Source of the DNA: Fistulifera solaris
Lineage: Eukaryota
Length of the DNA: 64,000 nucleotides
Direction: 5' to 3'
Assembly (NCBI GenBank): GCA_030295235.1
Contig: AP026143.1
Coordinates: forward strand, 1 to 64,000
The notes under the pieces were generated by a model. It did not search any database and was not told the origin of the DNA. It was given only the letters and a program-made list of their open reading frames with translations. Positions 24,487-37,082 of the stretch are shown piece by piece. Every line of letters begins with the position of its first letter. Position 1 is the first letter of the stretch. The position numbers and the translations under genes are program-made.

Positions 24487-25929
24487 GCTTTGGAGATGTC
24501 TTGACTTTGAGATGCACGGCGGCGACTCTCACAAACGAAAGATGTCAAAATGAATCGCTGATCGGTAAACAACCACAATGGTTATGCCGAAAAGGTAAGT
24601 CGTTACGTACAACAAGCCCTCCTCTCCTCTCCGTGCTGTACAAGATAAAAGCAGCTTACTAGGTATCTCTTTTGACAACGCGGTTATAGAGAGGCGTCTT
24701 TCATTCTACGATTTTGATTTTAGAAAGGCATGAATTGTTCTACGTGAATAGCCCTCGATTGTCAACGGGTGAACTAATCTGTTAGCAACACCATAATCAA
24801 AGTACAGTAGTGATCTAGCAAAAGAGAAGGTGTTCTTTATGCATACGTAAGCACCAAATGGTATCTTTTCCTTATAAAAGCTTCAGAAACCAAGCCATTT
24901 CATATTACACTTACCACTTACCATTTACCATTTACTCCTCTCATCATAGTGAAAGACTCGATTGTAGAAATCGAATGTCTAACGGCGGAAATGACACGAT
25001 ACGCGCCATCTCTTATTTAGACAAAAAGGAATGTCCTCTTTTAAATCCAATTTATCATCTTCTATAGGGGTTGAGTAGACTGGTCCTGAATTGGCTGTAT
25101 CTGACTCAAAAGTGTATGAACGAGGGGCAATGGGCATAAATCCTGCTTTGACACCAGTCGAAGATGGTAGTACTGTAATTTAGTCACACGAAGTCACAAG
25201 TTGCACCACGTCATCGCGACAAAAAGAAAACACAACAGCAAGCGGAATTTCGAAACAATAACGTCGGCCAACAGAACCTATACCGTTGTGACCTTCATAA
25301 ACCACGCCTCATTTTCACCGTCGTGAAACTGATAGGCTAACGACGTCTTGAGTCGGCAATCGAAGTGATAGATGCATTGAAAGGACCACTGTCAGCACCC
25401 TTTCATGTTCTTGCCGTTCCATGAGCGCGGTGATCGCCAATTTATTTATTGGAGCGAGCGACATTGCGTGTTGAGACAACCGGTACAAACCGAAAACTAG
25501 TTTGTATAGCTTTCGTTCTACATAAATGCTTGCATGATTGTTGCCAAATACGATGATGTATTTTAATGTATATTGCTTTAGACTGTGAGGTCAGTTTTCT
25601 TGTGATGTGTCGTCTCTGATGCCAATGAGAAGCTAGTCTATGCGTTTGCATAGAACGGCCTTAAAATAGGTGCCGATTGCCGATACGACTATACTAGAGT
25701 GAGATCTTTGCCACGTTCGAGAGAGTACAGTTCCCGTCATATTGACGTCACCAACAACTGGATCGCTGACTGTGCTGACGTGGTATTTTTGCGATCCATT
25801 TTGAACTGATCAAATCCGAAGCCAACATTTTCTCCCTCCATTTTTTGACCTCCCTCCAATTCCCAGCCAACGGTCGTTGCAACGTAAAGACACGAACGAA
25901 CCTTCTTTGAAACCTAACCAGCACTCAAC

Positions 25930-26436
25930 ATGCTACGACAATCGCACTTTTGGAGCCTAACCGTGTCCTTGGGAATACTGACAGCCGTCAGCATTGCATC
26001 CGGAACGCTTTCTCTCGGCGAGAAGAACGCTTTCAATGCCAAGAAAGTGCCAATCGAGACGCTCGATGATACTGACGTTGATACAGACACGGATACGGAC
26101 GAGTCTTCCTGTGCTCTTGAAGAAGAGGAAGTACAACAGAGCGAGCAGACTTTCCGAAAAGTAGAAGAAAACGTACACGACGTAAAGGAGCAGCGGGACA
26201 GCCAGCAGGCGCCAGAGATGGAGAACACAAAAGTGCAAGATGAAACCATATCTATCATCAATACCGTTTGCGAGAAGAGGGAAGAACCAAACAAGGCTAA
26301 GCAAGAGATGATTGAGATAGTTACTGTCAAGAATGAAGCCACTTGGGAGTGGCCCGATCTTTTACAAGGATCAGATGGTTTCGTTGTTCGGAACGACTTG
26401 AAATTTGAGCTACGTTTGATGCTTACTGTTTATTAG
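25930..26436 (+). CDS. Hypothetical acidic protein with an N-terminal hydrophobic segment
   Basis: 168-aa ATG-initiated ORF with a signal- or anchor-like N-terminus and a D/E-rich body; a CRE palindrome lies upstream. Confidence 0.5.
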   Translation: MLRQSHFWSLTVSLGILTAVSIASGTLSLGEKNAFNAKKVPIETLDDTDVDTDTDTDESSCALEEEEVQQSEQTFRKVEENVHDVKEQRDSQQAPEMENTKVQDETISIINTVCEKREEPNKAKQEMIEIVTVKNEATWEWPDLLQGSDGFVVRNDLKFELRLMLTVY

Positions 26437-26802
26437 GATTTGTTACAAAAGATCTTTATGACTTTTAGTTCTCAGCATTGTAGGGCGCGCTCTCAGTAGC
26501 TACGCGCACATGATTGCAAATAAAGGAGATTGATCGTAAATAAACATCCGTTCACAGTCGTTCTTCGATCCTACAGGACAATATTCCCGTCACGCTGCAT
26601 CAGGTGATGGGTGTTTATGGTTCGCAAGACAAGAGCATGATCATTGTAGTAGCTGCGTGCGCTTACAGATTGCGTGAACTCGATGATCGTGTTCTTTCCG
26701 CTCGTAAGCGATTTCTTGCGACCTGAGGGAGAAAGTCCGCTCGCGCTGTTTCGCTCGAGAGCTTAAAAAGTGACTTTCCTTTAAATAACGAAAGCGATAG
26801 GC

Positions 26803-28550
26803 TCACCCCCTAGACTTGCGGGCAGCTGGAACCAAAGGTTTTGGATCTCGAAACGACGAATTCGTCCGCAGCGACAGATAGACGAGAATAATTCCCACAA
26901 TGATAGAATCAGCAAGCGCGGAGTACTTGAACAATAGCACAGTCCCATACTTGTGTTGCAGTTTGCCTCCCAAGATCGCACCCAACGATTGACCCAAGCC
27001 GCCATACATGGCATTCAAGAACATCAACATTGTGGCGTGTAAGCCACGGGGCGAAACCTTGTGCGCGTAAATGGTCCCCGAACTCCAAAATGCGGCGAAG
27101 GTAACGCCACGCAACGCCTCAGCCGGGAGTCCCTGCAGCGGTGTTCGCATGTAGGCGTAAATTAAAAAGCGAGCTACATAACTTAGCAAAGATAGCACAA
27201 AAACACGATCCACACCAAGGGCTTCACTCAGTCGGCCTGATCAAGAGGGTCAAATAGTCAGAATGCGTCATCTGCGATTCCTTTAACTCAGCATGAAATA
27301 ATACGTACCACTGAACCAAAACATCGGGGCCCCGGCCAAGCTCGATACCAATCGACTTAAACCCATCTCTTTACCCGTACCACCGACCTCGCGAAGACGC
27401 ACATAAGCAAAGTTCTCGATAACACCGCTGGAAATTCCGACAACAAGGACGAGGAAAAGAAGAAGAGCACGTCGGTGTTGTGAAACAAGAGACTAAGGCC
27501 CTGCAAAGTGGCATTGGGCGCAGTACTTGCAATTTCGGTCTTCTGTCGTGTTGGTGTTTTGTCCTTCTTTCTCGTTTTGGCTAGTGCCTCCGATATCAGA
27601 GCTTTTTGAGCTTTCTCTTCTTGTTGCTGCTGTAGGTCTAATCGCCGGAAGGCTTGAATGCACAACCAGGTCGGTAGCGACAAGGCAGCGTACGTAAAGA
27701 AGAGAAGCTTGTATCCGGTGAGGCTTTGCCAAAACTTATCGAGGAAACGGATTGCCTGTCGCACATAAGAGCTAGAGAATTGCTCCGCCAACCAAACTTC
27801 CAGTTCTGGATGTGTAGTCGTATCTCGAAAATGAATCTGCTTCGATTTCGACAGCAATACACCCACCAAACTACTTCCCAAACCAAATCCCATTTGACCC
27901 CACAAACGCAAGCGTCCGTATTGTGTTTTGTCGGGTATATGATCTAGCACCATACTATCGAGTAGCGACTTGACCGGGGCATTGAACAGCGCCGTCACAA
28001 AGACCATAGCCATGATAAATTTAGCATCATCGCGACACGCCAGTAGCAGTTGTCCGACGAGTGAAACTAAAAACGTGAGTTGCAGAATCAAGAACGGATT
28101 TTGCAACTGATCGGCTAACAGTCCCCACACAGGCGCCAAAATAAAGGTCGTTGCGGGCTTGACGGCACCGAGAAGACCGATAATTTGTCCGCCGTGCCCC
28201 AAAGAATCGTAGTAAACGGGTAAGTAAGGCATTAAACTTCCGAGAGATCCGTAATAACACAAAAAGAGAGAGCGTATCAGGAAGTTGATAGGAATACCAG
28301 AGAATGTCTTTTTTGCAGGAGTTGAATTGGCCGCATTAGAAGTTTTGATAGTTGCTGGAGGGTTTTGAGGCAAACGCCCGAATCCCTTAGGCACAAGGGA
28401 TCGAGGTGATCGGGCGTATGGATCGGCGGCATGACAAGTGATGGGGAAAAGGCAATAAATTACTATCGAGAACGAAAATAATAAAAACTCTCTCGGGCGC
28501 CTTCTTCCCGATATTCTCCTGCTCTGACTAATGTTTTTCTGTTTCATCAT
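26803..28550 (-). CDS. Major facilitator superfamily transporter (MFSD6-like)
   Basis: PYLPVYYDSLG, PVWGLLAD, YGRLRLWGQMGFG, EALRGVTFAAFW, GGLGQSLGAILGG. Intron 27237-27308 and a frameshift near 27455. Confidence 0.88.
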
Positions 28551-29329
28551 GATGAAAGAAACCAAAGAAGCTTGTTTCAAGACAGCAACCGCTTTTGATG
28601 AATGATTGGAGTGCAAATAATAACGAAGAGCAAAAATCGATCGGTTCGCGTCCGTTGAAATTTATTTATAGCGCTAAACTCGTGACTGATGATCAACGCT
28701 ACTGTCTATTCGTGTCTCGACAAATAGACAGCTAACGTAATGAAATCAACCTCAAGCATAGGAGCACGTAGCACCACAGGAAAAAACTCAAAAAAGAGGA
28801 TATACTACTGCATTCTGATTCGGACTGTTGCTAACAGATGAAAGCTGATGATTCAGATTTAAGCCGGTGCAAAATGGAGGGATTAACCCAGTCGAAAACC
28901 ATGTCCTTCGACAAGTACTAGCAACAGCAGTGTTGAACGTCGTTTTCATGGCATAAACGTATTTTCCTTTTTGTCAGCGCGAAGGAGATCCAGGAAATAT
29001 TTTGTATGACACTCTATAACATGCCATCTTTATCTACTTTGTAGAGAACCAATAGCTGGTTATCAAATATGAACCTGATAGAAGTCACTATTCGAATAGA
29101 GTAGAGTGGTATTGGTAGTTTAGATGATAAGCTAACGAGAAGCTTGGGACATAAATTATAAATAAGAAATTATTACTGTATAGATGATGGAGAATGCATG
29201 AGGTGGTCTGTCGGACTATCAGTCTCTCTAGAGGAGCCTTTCGGTAGCGTTCAGACATGTCTCCTCTCAATAGCCTCAATTGTCAGTCCGTCAGACGCGA
29301 GCTTGTTCCGACCATGAAATTCTGTTGAC

Positions 29330-29740
29330 ACCACGTGACACGTGACGTCGTGAGACAGTAGGCGGAGAGCTTAGTGACGTGGCTGTTGATTCCGCCGAAA
29401 AAATGGGTGACGACGCAGAGAACAAGAGAAAGTTCAACTAGGAAAGTGTATCGTGGGCTTGCGTCAGCCATCCAATCAAATCGTGATTTTGACATTCTTT
29501 CTCGAAAGGACGAAAAATGGGCCGAAACTTGTAGTACTGTTGATGATCGGAATTGCCGAAACATAAGACAAGAAAAGAAAACATGACGTCTTTGGTACTG
29601 CAAAATCCAATTGGACTCCACGTAGACGACACGTTCATTCCGGTAATTAGGAAGCAAAATGAGAAATTGGTCGATACAAGAGTGTAGTAAATCCTTCACA
29701 TCGGCTCACGTGGCGGAATTTTTCAATCGACGGACGTCAC
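29330..29740. promoter_or_regulatory. Cluster of TGACGT/ACGTCA/GCGTCA (CRE/CCRE-like bZIP) motifs upstream of SLC4 copy 1
   Basis: TGACGT at 29343, 29375 and 29584; ACGTCA at 29734; GCGTCA at 29461; plus CACGTG boxes. Confidence 0.5.
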
Positions 29741-29872
29741 ATCGTCTAAAAACCCAAAACAAATCGACAAAACTCTTTTTCATTTTATCTCATAATCTTT
29801 GCTTTCGCAAGGGAAACAGAAAGCAACGACTACCAACTTGATTCAAAAGCCTTTCTAGAATTGATCGTAAAG

Positions 29873-31757
29873 ATGCCTCCCAAGTCGAACGACATTGAAG
29901 CCGGTCAGGCAATCAAGCGTTTGCCGTCAAACGCCGAACTTGTTCCTCATGCAGGAAAAATCACCATGGATGAGCCTGCTTACTTCGGAAAGGGCATCCT
30001 CAAGGATTTTAAGACTACAGTCGGAACGCACTGGCGCGAGGTAAGTCATCGTGAAAGCGGAAGCACAGGGAAAGCGCCACAAAGACTGTCACTAACGCGT
30101 TTTATTGATCTTTCTGTCAAAAGGAAATGACCAACTTCAACCAGAAGACGGTTGCTGTTTCGATGCTCATGTTCATCACCGTTATCGCCCCTACCTTGGC
30201 GTTCGGTGCTTCCTACAGTACCGCGACAGAGAGTCACATTGGAGCTATCGAGACTATTCTGGCTACCGCATGGATTGGATGCGCCTACTCTTTCATCGGA
30301 GGTATGCCTCTCTGCATCATCGGTTCAACAGGTCCTGTGCTTGCCTTTACCACTGTTCTCTATGACATGTCGAAGAATATGGACATTCCGTTTTACACTT
30401 TCTACGCCTGGGTCAGTGTATGGATGCTTATCTACGCCTTCCTCTGCAGTTTCTTCGACTTGACCCGATTCGTCCGTCTCGCGACTCGCTTCACGGATGA
30501 TATTTTTGCCTTTTTGATTGTCAGTATCTTCGTAATTAAAGCCATCGGCGACCCTTTCGGTGGAGTTGATGGAATTTTATTTCCTTTGACCCTAATCACA
30601 AGACTCACCAGAACCAAGACGCCGACTACGACTTCCTACAGGTCGCCCTTTTGGGTGTGATCCTGGGTTTCGGAACTACTTGGTTGATCTTTTACCTTCG
30701 TAGCTTCAAGAACTCATCCTTCTTCTGCAACGACACCATGCGCAGCTCCATTCACGACTTTTCCGTCACTTTTTCGGTCCTTATCTGGACGATTGTCAGC
30801 AAAGTTATCTTCAAGGACGTCGAAGTTGCGAGTCTGAAAGTCCCCGACCAATTTGAGCCCACCTTCCAATGCTGCGACGATGCTTGCACTTTGGCATTCC
30901 CCCGTGATTGCCCCGATCAGGCAGAGCGTGCTGGTGTCCGTTCATGGTTCGCTGACATGGCTGACACGAATGGAAAGGGATGGGTTCCGATTGCTGCTGC
31001 AGGTCCTGCTGTTTTGGCCTTCTTCCTTCTTTACCTCGATAACGGTATCACTTGGCACTTGATCATGCACAAGAGCAACAACGTGCAGCACGGAGAAGCT
31101 TACAACTACGACTTGTTGCTTTCAGGTTGCTTCAACTTTGTGAATGGACTATTGGGTCTTCCGTGGCTCGTGGCTACGACAGTGCCATGCATTGTGCACT
31201 TGAACTCGCTCTCCGAGAAAGACAAGGATGGAAATGTCCTATATGTCCAGGAAACCCGTCTCACGATGCTCTTCTCGCACATGTGCGTCGGCTTCTCGAT
31301 CTTGGCCTTGGATCTTCTCAAGTTGTTGCCCTTGCCGGTCCTCAACGGTGTCTTCTTGTTTATGGGTGTGTCCGCGTTGCCCGGCATTCAGTTCTGGAAC
31401 CGCTTCTTGCTCTTCTTCCAGCAACCCAGCAAGTACCCCGAGACACCTTACACCAAGTACATGGACAAGGGACGCATTCACCTTTTCACCATCATCGAAA
31501 TGTTCTTCTTTGCCATGGTTTTCGTTGTTCAAAACATCAAAGCTGTGGCGGTTGTCTTCCCCATGATGACCTTCTTCTGTATTCCGGCGCGCACCCACTT
31601 GCTTCCCCGTTTCTTCGAAGGATGGGAGCTTGTGTTGTTGGATGGAGACATCTTTGAGATTCAAGAATGGATCGACAAGAAGGCCGACTCGGTTGCGGAA
31701 TACGAAGCTTCGTTGCGCGGCGACTTGTCCGAATACGAAGACGATGCCACGCAATAG
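29873..31757 (+). CDS. SLC4: SLC4-family bicarbonate transporter, copy 1
   Basis: Exon 29873-30040, intron 30041-30123. Motifs IAPTLAFG, GGMPLCIIGSTGP, TRFTDDIFAFLI, YNYDL, GLLGLPWLVATTV, VQETRLT, PVLNGVFLFMG. One frameshift near 30585. Confidence 0.92.
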
Positions 31758-32075
31758 AGTGCTCGGCCATCCAGCGACCTGGAAGCATTCATCAATTCTA
31801 TGTGTACGATTGAGACGAGAAATAATGCATTAGTTCTTCGTCAATCGTGATAAAGTGGTAAAGACAAGTAAACATCACTAACCTGCAAAGCTGTCCATTA
31901 TCGTAAAACGGACTTCTTCATTATCTGTTTCGCTTACTGGTAGATTTGTCTATGCTTATTCAATCATTCATGCGAACTAAGATTTGACACGTCACAAACG
32001 TATCGATTGTGACCCTTCGCCTGATATGACGATGCAATCTATAAGAGACTCCTTTGCAGCGAAGGTAAACTACAT

Positions 32076-32948
32076 TTAGTTTTCTTGCACGGACGTGGTT
32101 ACGGCCCGCAATTCCATTCCGACTTGTTGCGCATCGATGGCGAGTTTATTCAGCAAAACGTCGGCTGTTTCCAGTGATGATACCAGATTGTGTACGAGTT
32201 GATCCAATTCAAGACCACGAGGAGGATCTCTAGAGTTCTTGAGTAGATTCCACCAGCTTGGATAGTAAAGGGCGTGCGTGGTGTCAGCATTCTCCTTTTC
32301 GCTAAATGTCGCGCGGTGACCGGTCGTTACAGTCACTGTGCCTTCCTTCAAAAAATCCAATTCGGTCGGATCGTTCAGAACATTCACCCAACTAGGATAA
32401 TAGAGACCAGAGTTACCCTCTTTGTTGGCCCTGTTTTGTAGATCGGATTGCATTTTAAGCAGGTTCTGCCGGGCGACATTTTCTTCCACAGCGTCGAGCA
32501 CACGAGCCACGCTCGCGAGCATGCCTCCGACATTCAACGCATAATACGCCATCGTTAAAATCATTCCGAGCAAAAACATCCCATATACAATCAGATTCGC
32601 TTTCCACACAGACTTCTCTTTCCATGGTCCGTCGGTACTGCAGTCGTCATCGTCGTGCTCATCTGTATCATCGAACACATCAAATGAAAACCGATTCATG
32701 CTCGCCATCGGCGTAAAACCAGAATTTGTTTCATTAGTCATTCGACTACCCATCAAACGACGCGCTCCGGCCGGTAATACCCACGTCGATCGACTCGAAA
32801 TCGGATTGTAGTAATATTCGCGCTGTTGTCGTTCACTGTAAAAGACATACCAGCTCTCGTCTTCGGCTTCATCGTTGTTCATAGGAGTCACAACGGCGAC
32901 GGAAGCGACTGGCGTCCTCCTGGCAGCTTCCGGTGATGCTAGATCCAT
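32076..32948 (-). CDS. WW-domain protein with one TM helix
   Basis: WYVFYSERQQREYYYNPISSRSTWVLP matches a WW domain; TM segment LIVYGMFLLGMILTMAYYAL; duplicated LYYPSW motif. Confidence 0.7.
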   Translation of the reverse strand: MDLASPEAARRTPVASVAVVTPMNNDEAEDESWYVFYSERQQREYYYNPISSRSTWVLPAGARRLMGSRMTNETNSGFTPMASMNRFSFDVFDDTDEHDDDDCSTDGPWKEKSVWKANLIVYGMFLLGMILTMAYYALNVGGMLASVARVLDAVEENVARQNLLKMQSDLQNRANKEGNSGLYYPSWVNVLNDPTELDFLKEGTVTVTTGHRATFSEKENADTTHALYYPSWWNLLKNSRDPPRGLELDQLVHNLVSSLETADVLLNKLAIDAQQVGMELRAVTTSVQEN

Positions 32949-34176
32949 CAGGAATTGACAGTGAAAACCAATAAAAGTGTAGGATGAATGAAACGGTCCA
33001 GGGATGGGGAAATGATGGAAAGTTACATTGCAAATCTCCGCTCCTCGCTGTTTTGCAGCCGAATGGAAATTTTCAACGCATGTCGCTTCAAGTTCATCAC
33101 AAAAACTCTTCGCATGTACAAGTTACATCATATTGGTTTCTCACTGTGGCCTCTATAAGTAGATTACCTTCTTTCCATGACTCGTTTAGGTCATGAATAG
33201 TGATCGTTTGAATTATTTGTCTTCTTTTTCTAAAGCATAGGAAGCGCTGACTGCACTTCGATTTAAACTTCAACCAAATATGTTTTTTTTAGGTTCAAAC
33301 CTGAGAGCATCAATGAATTGATTCTCTTTGTTTTTTTTACTCTGTAGGAAGAATAAATGACATTACAAGACAGAAGTGGGCTAGACGTTCAAATAAATGT
33401 ACACAGGATTTCTGTATGAAAAAAAAGAAATATTGAAATGTACACAGAATGTCTGTCTGATTGTAAAATTCGAAAAAGTCAAATTTCCAAGCAACATATT
33501 CGTAAGTTGTCCTTGTTCACAGATAGTTTTCTAACGATAGAATTACTGCAGGAACGTTTTAGCTGGATAAAACTTACAAAGCCTGAAACGTTTGCGTCTT
33601 CAAATACATTGTTGCTTCGATTGTGAGAAAGGGTTTCCATGACTAAGTTTGTATGAATCACGAGCTCACGACGCGAGCGACCAAGGAAATAACACGAGCG
33701 AAGAGATCGCGCTTACCAAGTATGCCACTTATGCTCTCGTCGCAAAAATGGCAATGGTGCACAAAAACGTAAGGCAGAGGATCCCATGTCGCAGTCATCT
33801 GAAACAACAAATAAACGATGTAATAGAATATGGAAGGAAGGACGAGGCACGTTGCACAAATCAGGTTTTTTTTTTACGAAAGCTGCAATACACAGCGAGC
33901 CGCCGCTGCCGATTCTTCTGCTTCGATTCGACAGTTTTCATCGCCGACGATAATTATTCAACTGCTTTCTTCAAACAAATACTCGATGAATCCTGAGAAT
34001 ACAGACTACAAGTGCCTATTCTACGAATCTATAGAATCGATCGAAATTGTTTCCATTTACTATATATATACTCCGAAGAAGTATCTTTCAGATACTATCA
34101 CGATGCTTCGACGCAAACATAAACTTTTCAAGTTCAGAGACGAAGCATGATTACGATGTGACCAAATCAAAGCAAT

Positions 34177-36061
34177 CTACTTCGAGTCGCCGTCTTCAAA
34201 GTCGGTCAACTCTCCGCGCAACGAAGCTTCGTATTCCGCAACCGAATCAGCCTTCTTGTCGATCCACTCCTGAATCTCAAAGATGTCTCCATCCAGCAAC
34301 ACAAGCTCCCATCCTTCGAAGAAACGGGGAAGCAAGTGGGTGCGAGCTGGGATGCAAAGAAAAAGTCATCATGGGGAAGACAACCGCCACAGCCTTGATG
34401 TTTTGCACCACAAACACGAGAGCGAAGAATGCAATCTGAAAGATAGTAAACAGATGAATGCGTCCCTTGTCCATGTACTTGGTGTAAGGAGTCTCGGGGT
34501 ACTTGCTGGGTTGCTGGAAGAAGAGCAAGAAGCGGTTCCAGAACTGAATGCCGGGCAACGCGGACACACCCATAAACAAGAAGACACCGTTGAGGACGGG
34601 TAATGGCAACAGCTTGAGAAGATCCAAAGCCAAGATCGAGAAGCCGACGCACATGTGGGAGAAAAGCATCGTGAGACGGGTTTCTTGGACATACAGAACA
34701 TTTCCATCCTTGTCTTTCTCGGAGAGCGAGTTCAAATGGACGAGGCAAGGCACAGTAGTGGCAACGAGCCATGGTAGCCCCAGCAATCCGTTTACCAAGT
34801 TGAAGCACCCGGAGAGAAGCAAGTCGTAGTTGTAAGCTTCTCCGTGCTGCACGTTGTTACTCTTGTGCATGATCAAGTGCCATGTGATACCGTTGTCGAG
34901 GTAGAGAAGGAAGAAGGCAAGAACAGCGGGCCCAGCAGCTGCGATGGGGGCCCATCCTTTTCCGTTGGTATCGGCCATATTCGCAAACCAGGGACGGACA
35001 GCAGCACGCTCTGCCTGATCGGGGCAATCGCGTGGGAAAAACATAGTGCAGGCGTCATCGCAGCATTGAAAGGTAGGCTCGAATTGGTCGGGGACTTTCA
35101 AACTCGCAACTTCGACGTCCTTGAAGATAACTTTGCTGACAATTGTCCAGAGGAGAACCGAGAACGTCACAGCAAAGTCGTGAATAGAGCTGCGCATGGT
35201 GTCGTTGCAAAAGAAGGATGAATTCTTGAAGCTTCGAAAGAAGAAAATTGTCCAGGTTGTGCCGAAGCCCAAGATGACACCCAACAGAGCAACTTGGAGG
35301 TAGTCGTAGTCTTCGTCTTGGTTATTGTGATTCTTGTGGTTAGGGTCAAACGGCCAGAGAAGTCCAACGTCCCCACCGAAAGGGTCACCAATAGCTCGGA
35401 TGACAAAGATACTGACAATCAAAAAGGCAAAAATGTCATCTGTGAAGCGAGTTGCGAGACGGACGAATCTCGTCAAATCGAAGAAGCTACAGAGGAAGGC
35501 GTAGATCATCATCCAAACGCTGACCCAGGCGTAGAAGGTATAGAAGGGAATGTCCAAACTCTTCGCCATATCGTAGAGCACGATCGTAAAGGCAAGCACA
35601 GGACCGGTCGAACCGATGATGCAGAGCGGCATACCCCCAATGAAGGCATAGGCGCAACCCACCCATGCGGTCGCCAAGATCGTCTCGATAGCACCAATAT
35701 GACTCTCTGTAGCAGTGTTGTACGAAGCACCGAACGCCAGAGTAGGAGCGATGACGGTGATAAACATGAGCATCGAAACAGCAACCGTCTTCTGGTTGAA
35801 GTTGGTCATTTCCTGTGAAAGATTGTCGAAAACGGTTAGTCCGAAGTATCCTTTCGAGCATGCGACTTGATCTTCTCAGCTTACCTCGCGCCAGTGAGTT
35901 CCGACCGTAGTCTTCATGTCCTTGACGATTCCTTTTCCGAAGTAAGCGGCTTCGTCCATGGTGATCTTTCCAGCATCCGGGATGAGTTCGGCGTTCGACG
36001 GCAAACGCTTGATCGGGTTGCGGCCGGCGCCGGCTTCAATATCGCTCGCCTTGGGAGGCAT
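34177..36061 (-). CDS. SLC4: SLC4-family bicarbonate transporter, copy 2
   Basis: Exon 36061-35885, intron 35884-35813, 510-aa ORF nearly identical in protein to copy 1. Frameshift near 34360; the restored C-terminus is LRGELTDFEDGDSK*. Confidence 0.92.
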
Positions 36062-37082
36062 CTTTCTCGCTAGCAATGAGAGGATACAAATCTTCTCCTG
36101 TGCTTTGACCGAGCGCACAAATTATGAGATGAAAAACTGTTTTTGTTTTCATGGATCTGGTGTGGGACGTGACGCATTTTCGCGATCCAACGTCATGCCA
36201 CGTACGCATTTGGTTTGAGCTTCACTACACTCCTATATCGTGATCATTCATCTCGTAGATTCTTGTACTGGTTCTACATGCGTCGCCACGTGGTCATTCG
36301 GGTATGTCTCGCGTCATTATTTCTGTTCAGGTGTCACGCACGGTAATCAAAGTGTACTGCATTTCTATGTCTCTGTTACGCATTCCGGAAAGAAGCAACA
36401 TCGAAACAAGTCTGATTGGTTGATCAATGGATACTTTCCTCTGCTTTCTGCCTTGAAGTTCGCCTTTGTACAGCTCGATTTTCGACGGAACAAATGAACA
36501 CGTCACTCCACGGATTTGCCACGACACGCATGCGCTTGCATACGTCACTTTTATCCTGATCCCTCATACCTTCGAAGAAGTTGGTGTCAAGGGGCGGAGT
36601 CAGTCGCGTTTGATTTTCCTGTCCCGAGTATTGCTCTTGCTACCAGCTGGCTATATACCAGGTATTATTTTGCGACGCCCACGGCGACGCTTTCCTTCCA
36701 TTGACATCTAAATTCAAGCCTTTACAAAGATCAAAAAATAATAATCTCGCTCAAGGCGGGGCACAAGAGGACGATCGTGCTTCTGATGACGGTTGGCGCT
36801 TTCATGGAGAGCTGGTGGGCGTAGCGAAATTAGCGTCTATGCGACAAGTTTCCTTTCCTATATCACGCTCTTTTTTATGTGAAAGTCCTCAAAGTATGCT
36901 TCGCAATTGTTCCGATGAAATTGACGTAAAAGCGGGAATTCTAAACTCCTAGTGTCGAATCTGCATCGGAATTTCTGTAAATCGACAACCAAAAACTGGA
37001 TAGGGTCAAAACGCGCTTTGCTTCTAACAGATAAGAGAAAATGCAACATTTGGAGCTATTTGAGATTACAATGGATACCAAT

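Noticed and set aside
33000..34150. Short ORFs between the WW gene and SLC4 copy 2
   Set aside because: AT-rich, no motifs, mostly non-ATG starts.
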